From Gloeobacterales cyanobacterium (lineage in GTDB: Bacteria > Cyanobacteriota > Cyanobacteriia > Gloeobacterales > PMM-0068), in NCBI GenBank assembly GCA_038245785.1, contig JBBRSB010000002.1, positions 256,001 to 320,000 of the forward strand: a stretch of DNA of 64,000 nt, given 5' to 3'. The position numbers and the translations under genes were made by a program. This document shows, piece by piece, positions 9,247 to 16,833 of this stretch (within the stretch, counting starts at the first letter, position 1; each line of letters opens with the position of its first letter). Below the pieces are notes generated by a model. It made no database searches, had not been told where the DNA came from, and saw only the letters and a program-made list of their open reading frames with translations.

Positions 9247-9320
9247 AAGACCCCCTATAGTCCCCCTTGCCACTAGGCGTAGCCTTCCCGGAGGGTGGGG
9301 GACGGCGATAGCCGGGGGTT
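9247..9320. repeat. REP-like repeat with nested SDR-like core, copy A
   Basis: Differs from 25400-25474 by one indel and one substitution; lies just after the ychF stop. Confidence 0.85.
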
Positions 9321-9438
9321 AACTAAGCCCACCCACTTATGTTGCAGAAAATTAAGCTATTTGACGGAGAAAGGTGGGGGCCTAGTTCACTCGGTATAAT
9401 TAGGCGTGATTTATATTCTTTGAAGCACGAGGGGCACA

Positions 9439-9570
9439 ATGATAATAGGTAATCTACATGATGTGTTTGTTGCTGCGCTCATTGGCAATGGTGAAGTGGC
9501 TGTCGCTTTTGTAGTTGCTCTAATTGCTGGGGTTTTTGCGCTGATGCTAAGTACGACCTTGGCTAAGTAG
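9439..9570 (+). CDS. psaM: Photosystem I subunit XII PsaM (43 aa, absent from ORF track)
   Basis: MIIGNLHDVFVAALIGNGEVAVAFVVALIAGVFALMLSTTLAK*; single TM helix resembling Gloeobacter-type PsaM; purine-rich GAGGGG upstream. Confidence 0.8.
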   Translation: MIIGNLHDVFVAALIGNGEVAVAFVVALIAGVFALMLSTTLAK

Positions 9571-9603
9571 CTTATATCCACCTCGGCTCTACGGAGGATC
9601 TGA

Positions 9604-9828
9604 GTGGTGTCGGATGTTTTGCTTTATATCGATAGTCCCTACTCAGTGCTGAACATTGAGGAATTTTTGGACTGGGTAGAATGTCAAACCCAGGATTCCT
9701 TGCATGCCTTTAATGAGCTTTTGCCTTTGCTAGTTCTTCAGTTAGAAATCCGCGCTAACTTGCTGCCCAGAGGACTTGGCCTTAGGATGAAACCTGTACT
9801 CTGCCAACTCAAATCTCTCTGCGAATGA
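9604..9828 (+). CDS. Possible small hypothetical protein
   Basis: Fills the gap and overlaps the next gene by ATGA; no recognisable motif. Confidence 0.35.
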   Translation: MVSDVLLYIDSPYSVLNIEEFLDWVECQTQDSLHAFNELLPLLVLQLEIRANLLPRGLGLRMKPVLCQLKSLCE

Positions 9829-10226
9829 ATCCTATTCCTCCTACACCCGCGATCACGAAATCTTTTCAGGACCTGAAAACACTCTCTGGTGAGGAGTTTC
9901 GACAGGTCTTTGTCCAATTGGGATTGGTGATTTTGCTCTTAGGACTGTGTGTTTGGGCATTCTATAGCCTCTGGCATTTGACCCAGCTCAGTACGCTGCA
10001 GGCACAGCGTTCTAAAGCTCTGACGCAAGAGTTGACCGTAGCCAAGAAAAACTATGGGAAGGTGCAGGAACGTTTTACCTATGCCTTTGATCCCCGCCAG
10101 ATTGAGCCGATGCTCAAAAAATCCTATGGCTGGACGGACCCTGAAGATATTCAGATTCGCTTTGTGGGTGCTGACAAGTTAGCAGAAATAGCTCAGCTTG
10201 AAAAGCGCGCTATTACAGTTCGTTGA
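9825..10226 (+). CDS. FtsB/DivIC-like septum formation protein
   Basis: One TM helix, coiled coil, then DPRQIEPMLKKSYGWTDPEDI resembling the DivIC C-terminal motif. Confidence 0.6.
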   Translation: MNPIPPTPAITKSFQDLKTLSGEEFRQVFVQLGLVILLLGLCVWAFYSLWHLTQLSTLQAQRSKALTQELTVAKKNYGKVQERFTYAFDPRQIEPMLKKSYGWTDPEDIQIRFVGADKLAEIAQLEKRAITVR

Positions 10227-10236
10227 ACAAGTCCGA

Positions 10237-10854
10237 ATGATCGCTTTTGTCTATGGGATGTTGGTCTCGGCCTCCACCCGTGAAAGCCAGCAATGGGTTG
10301 TGGTCGATGTGCAAGGCGTGGGTTATCAAGTTTGGACCCATAGTCGAGCTTTGGCCCTACTTCCAGCCGTCGGTAGCCCGCTTAAAATGCATACGGTTCT
10401 GGTTCCCCGCGAAGATAGCATGACCCTTTATGGTTTTCTGGAAGAGCAGGAGCGAGAACTATTTACCCTGCTGACTTCCGTTTCAGGGGTCGGTCCCCGG
10501 CTTGCCTTGGCTCTTTTGGATACTTTGGGTGCCATGGAACTCGTCCAGGCCGTAGTCCGAGAAAATTTTCGCGCCTTAGCCCTGACTCCAGGAGTAGGCA
10601 GTAAAACGGCCCAACGAATTACCTTAGAACTGAAGAGCAAAATGGAAAAGTTCCGTCAAGAAGCGGGGTTAGGCGTAGCCACAGGGGTTTCCATTCAGCC
10701 TCAAGTCTATGAGGAAGCCCAAATGGCGCTTTTAGCCCTTGGGTTTTCGCCGAAAGAAGTAGCACAGGCCCTTCAACAGGTCAGCGGTCAAAATCCAGGC
10801 TCTGCTGCAGAAGAATGGATTCGCTCGGCAATTGCCTGGTTGTCTAATCGTTAG
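10237..10854 (+). CDS. ruvA: Holliday junction branch migration protein RuvA
   Basis: VDVQGVGY, REDSMTLYGF, VSGVGPRLAL, PGVGSKTAQRI; ATG 10237. Confidence 0.95.
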   Translation: MIAFVYGMLVSASTRESQQWVVVDVQGVGYQVWTHSRALALLPAVGSPLKMHTVLVPREDSMTLYGFLEEQERELFTLLTSVSGVGPRLALALLDTLGAMELVQAVVRENFRALALTPGVGSKTAQRITLELKSKMEKFRQEAGLGVATGVSIQPQVYEEAQMALLALGFSPKEVAQALQQVSGQNPGSAAEEWIRSAIAWLSNR

Positions 10855-10865
10855 GAGCATAGAGG

Positions 10866-11780
10866 ATGACAGACCAAAGCAAACAAGATAATCGAGGCAA
10901 TTTTCTTACAGAGCAGCGTAATCCTCTGAGTATGGATCTAGATAAACTGTCTGCTTTAGAACTAGTTCAGCTTATGAGTCAGCAGGATTTAGAGGTGGTA
11001 CAAGCGGTCAGTGCCGCTCAGGAATCTATTGCTCAAGGGATCATTCTGATTGCTGAGGCGCTTGCTCAAGGGGGACGGCTGTTTTATGTGGGTGCAGGTA
11101 CCAGTGGTCGGTTAGGCGTCCTGGATGCCTCAGAGTGCCCTCCGACGTTTAGAACAGACCCCACGATGGTCCAGGGATTGATCGCAGGTGGTCCAGAAGC
11201 CTTAGTCCGCAGTATCGAAGGGGCAGAAGATAGTCCGAGTACCGGAGCTGCAGACCTCATAGAGCGAGGAATCGGGCCTAAGGATGTGGTGTTGGGCATT
11301 GCCGCTGGAGGCACAACTCCCTATATTCACGGGGCTCTGGGTGCAGGGCGCGCGCAGGGTGCAAAAACTATTTTTTTCTGCTGTGTATCTAAGGAGCAAG
11401 TACCCGATGATTATGATCTTTCCATCCGCGTCTTGGTCGGGCCTGAAATTTTAACAGGGTCGACTCGGCTGAAAGCGGGCACCGCTACTAAGATGGTCCT
11501 GAACATGCTCTCTACGGGAGCTATGGTTCGCCTGGGGAAGGTCTATGAAAATTTGATGGTGGATGTAGCGGTTACTAACCGCAAACTTGAAGCACGGGCT
11601 CTACGCATTCTTAGTACCTTGGCAAAAGTCTCACTATCTGAGGCACAAGACTTACTCAAAAAAGCAGATAATCAAGTGAAACTGGCTTTGGTGATGCACC
11701 ATAAGCAGCTAGATAAAGCCGAGGCCAAAGCGCTTCTGCAAGAACATCAAGGCCAGCTCAGCAAAATTTTGCGGTCCTAA
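10866..11780 (+). CDS. murQ: N-acetylmuramic acid 6-phosphate etherase
   Basis: TEQRNP, GAGTSGRLGVLDASECPPTF, GPEILTGSTRLKAGTATK. Confidence 0.96.
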   Translation: MTDQSKQDNRGNFLTEQRNPLSMDLDKLSALELVQLMSQQDLEVVQAVSAAQESIAQGIILIAEALAQGGRLFYVGAGTSGRLGVLDASECPPTFRTDPTMVQGLIAGGPEALVRSIEGAEDSPSTGAADLIERGIGPKDVVLGIAAGGTTPYIHGALGAGRAQGAKTIFFCCVSKEQVPDDYDLSIRVLVGPEILTGSTRLKAGTATKMVLNMLSTGAMVRLGKVYENLMVDVAVTNRKLEARALRILSTLAKVSLSEAQDLLKKADNQVKLALVMHHKQLDKAEAKALLQEHQGQLSKILRS

Positions 11781-11784
11781 TAAG

Positions 11785-12081
11785 ATGACAGAAATTCCTC
11801 TAGAGCAGAGATGCCGCATGGATCTGAGTCCCCGTCGTCCTAAAAAAATGAGTAATGAACGGTGGTTTGGCGAAGAATTAGATTTGCGTATTCTGAAATT
11901 AGAAGATGAACTAAAGCGTTTAAAACAAGATTCTGTGGATTGGGATTTTGATGAGCAAAAGAATAGTCTCTTTCGAATCTTAACCCAAGAAGAAGCGCAA
12001 CAAGTCGCGACGGGGCTAAGCAAGTTTCCCATTGATATTCATATCGAGGAACTTGATCCTTCCAGCCAAGAGATAATATAG
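11785..12081 (+). CDS. Hypothetical protein, probably co-transcribed with murQ
   Basis: Starts 4 bp after murQ; no recognised motif. Confidence 0.5.
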   Translation: MTEIPLEQRCRMDLSPRRPKKMSNERWFGEELDLRILKLEDELKRLKQDSVDWDFDEQKNSLFRILTQEEAQQVATGLSKFPIDIHIEELDPSSQEII

Positions 12082-12206
12082 ACTAAAGCTGAAAATACTG
12101 TTATTAACTATGAAGATGTATTAGAATTTCTACGGAGTCTAGTATTTAAAATAGACTTCATATGGATATCTACAATAACCACCTCTTCTCTTAGGACAAT
12201 AGTAAT

Positions 12207-12626
12207 ATGAATAATCTAGGTAGAGATAGTAAAGACATAGAAGCAATCTTGAAATTAAAAAAGCTTTTAGGAAGAAGTGCCCCTTCGAGCAAGTCTGCAC
12301 ATATGTGTTTAGATGAAATTAGCAAGGGGGCTAGCATTAATATTCACCCTGGATTAGCTAATTTTCTGCATATTCAGCGCATTTACAAAATGAGATTTGC
12401 CGCTACTCAAAATAAGCCTTCTTCCATCGTTGGCTTTGAGGAAACTTTGCGCAATTTCTCAACCTTCAAATCTCCTCAAATTAAAGTGAGTGGAGTGACG
12501 GGTGCCCAATGTGAGTTTGTCCTATTTACAGACCCGGACCTCACCCAGCTGATCGGTTGTTTAGCAGACCCTAGTCCATCCTTACAATCAGAGGCCATTT
12601 CCTTTGAGTCTATACATTTATCATAA
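12207..12626 (+). CDS. Hypothetical protein
   Basis: 139-aa ORF with AGGA upstream; no motif recognised. Confidence 0.55.
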   Translation: MNNLGRDSKDIEAILKLKKLLGRSAPSSKSAHMCLDEISKGASINIHPGLANFLHIQRIYKMRFAATQNKPSSIVGFEETLRNFSTFKSPQIKVSGVTGAQCEFVLFTDPDLTQLIGCLADPSPSLQSEAISFESIHLS

Positions 12627-12648
12627 TTAAGTTAAGTAGTCCTGAAAG

Positions 12649-13941
12649 CTATTCTTCTATAGCCTTATCTTGAATGATCCAGGTTTTCAAGATAGTTGCT
12701 TGTTCATTTGTTAGCGCTCCGTTACGATTGCCCCGTGAAAGATTGCTGGCATCGGTACTGGTAGACGAAGCTGCATTATTTTGCAAGCTGTCTGCGGAAC
12801 TCGCAAGTCCCGTAGAGCCCGTAGTTGTGGGAGGAGCTACCGTTCCAAAGGGATCGGCAGTGGGCGTTCCTGCCCCGCTCCCAATCACTTTATCTCCTCG
12901 TTGGCGGAGACCGGCCTTAGGAAGAATGCCTGGCCCTCCCGTCCCTCCACCACTAGAATGGAGAGCTAGCCACTTGGGATTAAGAAGCTCACCTCCTGTT
13001 CCTGGAGTGACATACTTCAAGACTTTCGCATAGGTATCCAATTCCGAGCGATTTCGTTGGCTACCATTGGGATTGTGACAACTGGTACAGGTGTTTGCCA
13101 GCATCGCTTGGATATCTTTCTTGTAGGTGTATTGAGGCTCTGTAGTGAACTTGACTTTAATCGGTTTTTTAAGGAGCTCCTCTTTAGGGCCAGCCACGGT
13201 GACAGTGTACTCAGTACTGTAATCTAAGTGAGACTGAGGCGTAAATTGATAGGTTGTATTCGTAAGGGATTCACTGCCTCCCTTGGGTGGAGGTGTAATT
13301 TGGACCCCTAAACTCTTAGCATCCGGCACCGCTAAGTCTTTAAAACTAAGTGCAATCGGGGTGTTGACTGGAACTCTCTTACTATCTGCTTTTGGAGTGC
13401 TGGAGAGAAGTTGGCTGCTCTGCGGTTCAGCCGTTGTCCCTGTTGGTTTAGCTTCTGGGGAAGTTGGCTTGCCTTCGGTCGTATTTTTATCTTTGGTAGG
13501 AGCTTGAGCTGGAATCGTGGTTTGGGATGAGTCTTGCAGTAAGCTTGCGGTTTCGGTAAACACTCGGCTATAGGGCAACAAAGAAGATGGTTGGCGGGAC
13601 CAATCGGCACGAGATATCCGTACATCCATCAAAGGAAATACACTGCTCCGACTTTTCACCCCGATTTGGATATAGCCTTCCCCTGCTCCTGAGGCAAAAA
13701 GTGGTAACAACAGAGAACGAGCGCTCTGTTCTCCTCGACGGACAAGTTGCGGAAATTTCTCTCCGGGTAGTGCTGTGATCGTCGTTCCTGTGCTGTTTAA
13801 GGGAGCTTGCGCTAGAACATTTTGAGCGAGGGTGGGCATCGGCTTTGTTAAGCCTTGGGACAATTCCCCTCCGGTCAAGAGAAACATGATTCCTAATACA
13901 CCTTTTGCCATAGGACGTAGGTTCATGATTCTATTGCGCAC
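12649..13941 (-). CDS. Exported protein with Ig-like domain and c-type cytochrome domain
   Basis: Signal-like N-terminus; Ig-like segment (VPVNTPIALSF...FTPQSHLDYSTEYTVTV); CTSCH heme motif; closing helix LTNEQATILKTWI. Confidence 0.75.
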   Translation of the reverse strand: MRNRIMNLRPMAKGVLGIMFLLTGGELSQGLTKPMPTLAQNVLAQAPLNSTGTTITALPGEKFPQLVRRGEQSARSLLLPLFASGAGEGYIQIGVKSRSSVFPLMDVRISRADWSRQPSSLLPYSRVFTETASLLQDSSQTTIPAQAPTKDKNTTEGKPTSPEAKPTGTTAEPQSSQLLSSTPKADSKRVPVNTPIALSFKDLAVPDAKSLGVQITPPPKGGSESLTNTTYQFTPQSHLDYSTEYTVTVAGPKEELLKKPIKVKFTTEPQYTYKKDIQAMLANTCTSCHNPNGSQRNRSELDTYAKVLKYVTPGTGGELLNPKWLALHSSGGGTGGPGILPKAGLRQRGDKVIGSGAGTPTADPFGTVAPPTTTGSTGLASSADSLQNNAASSTSTDASNLSRGNRNGALTNEQATILKTWIIQDKAIEE

Positions 13942-14030
13942 TCCTCTATAGATAGGCTTGATTTCAGGCTACCCATTCAACCTGATGGCCTTATCATACG
14001 ATTTTGGAAGTTTAGACCATGATGTATCCA

Positions 14031-15095
14031 CTATTCAGGGGTAGCAGCGTCCTTTTTTCCATTTCCAGTCTCTCCAGCGTCCACCCAGCGCTGCCAGAGG
14101 GTGAGCAGAACCGACAAAATCACAGGCCCTAGAATGACACCTAGGGGGCCGAAAGCGAGCACTCCTCCCAAAACGCCGAATAGCACAACTAAAAAAGGGA
14201 TCCCTGCGCCCTGACTGATGAAGGCAGGTTTCAAGACGTTATCAATCGTGCTTACGACCAAAGTGCCCCAAAGAAGAAGTGCAATTCCTTGCCAGAGCTG
14301 GCCTGTGAAAAGTAGCCAAAGAGCCCAAGGCAACCACACGATCAACGTAGGAATCTGAATAATTGCCAGGAGAGTAGTGATCAAGCCCCAGATCACCGCC
14401 CCCTTTATACCCACCACCCCTAGTCCCAAACCAGCCAAAAATCCTTGGACTACAGCGGTCAGCGTCAAACCTAAAACAACTGCCCGTACGGTATTGGCCA
14501 AAGGGTCAAGCAAGGAAGCCAAGGCTTCTCCACCAAGGCGGTACAAGCTCCGCTGTAACTGGCTTACCCAAGTCTCACCATGACTATAGAAGAAAAAAGC
14601 AATAAAAACCGTCAGACCCAGCGTAATAAAAATTTGAGTAACTTGCTGCCCCACACTGGCAAGCAGCGTCAATATTCCACCAATCCGGCTACGCAAGCCA
14701 TCTTGGATCTGTGGTCCCAAGTCTTTCAGAGAAGCATGGAGTTGCGGACCGACAAAAGGCACTTGGAGAGAACTAGAAACCAGCGCATCTATCTGTTTAG
14801 AGAGCGTATCGAGGCTGAACGTTTCTGCTATATCCGTGACTTGCTGGGCCAGAAGAAGTCCGATAAACATCAAAGGGAGAAAGACCCCTAGGAAGACCAG
14901 AAGCGTCATCAGCAGTGCAGACCAGACTGGGCGTTTTCCCAGCAGGTCACGTAGTTTTTCATAGAGCGGCCAAGTGACCACCGCTACGATAATGGCCCAG
15001 CAAATAGCACTCAGAAAAGGAGCTAAAACCAACAGCGCCCCCCAGAGCAGGAGTACCGTCAATAACAAGGTGGGTAGTTGGTTTCTGTTGATCAC
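14031..15095 (-). CDS. AI-2E family transporter
   Basis: Multi-TM protein; IDNVLKPAFI and GGVLAFGPLGVILGP. Confidence 0.9.
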   Translation of the reverse strand: MINRNQLPTLLLTVLLLWGALLVLAPFLSAICWAIIVAVVTWPLYEKLRDLLGKRPVWSALLMTLLVFLGVFLPLMFIGLLLAQQVTDIAETFSLDTLSKQIDALVSSSLQVPFVGPQLHASLKDLGPQIQDGLRSRIGGILTLLASVGQQVTQIFITLGLTVFIAFFFYSHGETWVSQLQRSLYRLGGEALASLLDPLANTVRAVVLGLTLTAVVQGFLAGLGLGVVGIKGAVIWGLITTLLAIIQIPTLIVWLPWALWLLFTGQLWQGIALLLWGTLVVSTIDNVLKPAFISQGAGIPFLVVLFGVLGGVLAFGPLGVILGPVILSVLLTLWQRWVDAGETGNGKKDAATPE

Positions 15096-15273
15096 AATTT
15101 TCTTTGGACCTGTTTGTAAGAACTACAGAGCCTCATGCTCACTGCTAACTGCTAGCGTAGCTTTTGTTTTTCTCAGTGGGTAGAGAGTCTCCTCCTCTAG
15201 GTAGAGAGCCCCATAGGCAGGCAATGTTAACCTGCTGGTATACGGTCACGAATATTCCAAGGAAGTCAGAGAA

Positions 15274-15564
15274 ATGATAGAGGAATCATCGCGTGTAAGC
15301 TGGTTTGATCAAGATAGAGGCCCTACATATCTCTCTGAATACTTTCAGCGAATGGATTCTTGGCAGAGGGCTATGACAGATGGAAAGATTACTCCAGAAG
15401 AGATGCGGGACCAAGCCAGTCATGTGATTGCATTGCTTAAAGAAGTGGAGCCTATGGTAAGCGAGGCTGAACACAAGCTCATCACAGAAGCGCTTTATGA
15501 AATGGCGGTACTACAGGCGATGCAAGCTTCTGCTGTCACCAGTTCCCTTCAAAAAAGCGAGTAA
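15274..15564 (+). CDS. Hypothetical protein, stand-alone domain A
   Basis: Homologous to the C-terminal part of 16032..16760 (FQRMDSWQRAMTDGKITPEE). Confidence 0.8.
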   Translation: MIEESSRVSWFDQDRGPTYLSEYFQRMDSWQRAMTDGKITPEEMRDQASHVIALLKEVEPMVSEAEHKLITEALYEMAVLQAMQASAVTSSLQKSE

Positions 15565-15576
15565 GGAATCACTACT

Positions 15577-16029
15577 ATGAAAGTCAAAGCGTATCAAATT
15601 CCAGATACTTCACCTCAATATTTGGCAACATCTATAGAGTCATGGTTTCGCACTGAAGGCTTCGAAACCCAAACTCTATCAGGTCCTGAAAATACCTTCA
15701 TTGTTCAAGGCAGAAAGGACAATCTAATCCGATTTTTCTTTGGGCTTTCAGCAGCACTCACGGTTACTGTTGGTACACAACCTGACGGTGCCTTAACTAT
15801 TGCTACTGGCTCTGGGAGTTGGATTGACAAATACTTAGCGGGCTTTGCGGGTGTTTTTCTGTTTGCGCCCTTTGCTTTTACAGCTGCTTACGGCGTATGG
15901 CAGCAGGATAACCTTGAAGAGAAGCTCTGGTTGTACATTGTCAAGCGTCTTCCTGGTGCTGTTGAAGTGGCAGTCCAGGTACCTGCTTCACCCTTCCAAC
16001 CTGTTAAATTAGCGCCCTCAGGAGAATAG
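15577..16029 (+). CDS. Hypothetical membrane-associated protein, stand-alone domain B
   Basis: Homologous to the N-terminal part of 16032..16760; AAGGA RBS. Confidence 0.8.
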   Translation: MKVKAYQIPDTSPQYLATSIESWFRTEGFETQTLSGPENTFIVQGRKDNLIRFFFGLSAALTVTVGTQPDGALTIATGSGSWIDKYLAGFAGVFLFAPFAFTAAYGVWQQDNLEEKLWLYIVKRLPGAVEVAVQVPASPFQPVKLAPSGE

Positions 16030-16031
16030 TC

Positions 16032-16760
16032 ATGCAAACACGTACCTATAATGCGCCAGGGCTGACAGACGAGGAACTTGCAGAGAAAATGCGGCTTTGG
16101 TTCGTAAGCCATGATTACGAAACTCAGCTGTTGCGCCTGCCGAATGAAAGCATCGTAGTCCAAGGTTACAGAGATGATATCTGGCGTGTAGCTTTCGGTC
16201 TCGCTGCTGCACTAACCATCCAGATCAAGTCTTTACCCGACCAGTCTCTCGAAGTTACTATTGGTGCAGGAGCCTGGGGAGACAAGCTTTTTGTGGCCGG
16301 TATTGGACTGTTGCTATTTTTACCTTTAATCTTGCCGGCGGCCTGGGGCACATGGGAGCAATATCATCTCGACAGAGAAGTCTGGGATTTCATTGAGTCA
16401 GCGCTATCTACGGGAGGCGTATCCACCGAGCAAGCAGCTCCTACTTCTTTAACTCCCGACGAACTACCGAAAGCCTGGTTTAATGAAGAGACTAATGAAA
16501 TTTATTCGGCTCAATTTTTCCAGCGCATGGAATCATGGCAAAGGGCTGTTGCTGATGGTCGGATTGACCCGGAAGAGATTCAAGCGCAAGGAGAACGGGT
16601 GTCTGGCTTACTAAAGCACATTGATTCAAGTGTCAGTGACGAAGTCCATGCGAAACTCTCGGAGACTTTTTCTGAATTTGCAGTACTACAGGGTATGCAA
16701 GCCTATGCTATCCAACAACATATTGGCGAGAATGCCCCAAGTTCAAGCACAGCAGCCTAG
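16032..16760 (+). CDS. Hypothetical B-A fusion protein
   Basis: N-terminus aligns to 15577..16029, C-terminus to 15274..15564; AGGAG RBS. Confidence 0.85.
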   Translation: MQTRTYNAPGLTDEELAEKMRLWFVSHDYETQLLRLPNESIVVQGYRDDIWRVAFGLAAALTIQIKSLPDQSLEVTIGAGAWGDKLFVAGIGLLLFLPLILPAAWGTWEQYHLDREVWDFIESALSTGGVSTEQAAPTSLTPDELPKAWFNEETNEIYSAQFFQRMESWQRAVADGRIDPEEIQAQGERVSGLLKHIDSSVSDEVHAKLSETFSEFAVLQGMQAYAIQQHIGENAPSSSTAA

Positions 16761-16768
16761 GCTCCCTG

Positions 16769-16833
16769 TACCCCTCAGTCCCTGCGGGACAGCTCCCCTC
16801 CTAGGGGAGCTGTCCCGCAGGGACTGAGGGGTA
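16769..16833. repeat. Perfect inverted repeat (31-bp arms, 3-nt loop) between convergent genes
   Basis: tacccctcagtccctgcgggacagctcccct-cct-aggggagctgtcccgcagggactgaggggta. Confidence 0.9.
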
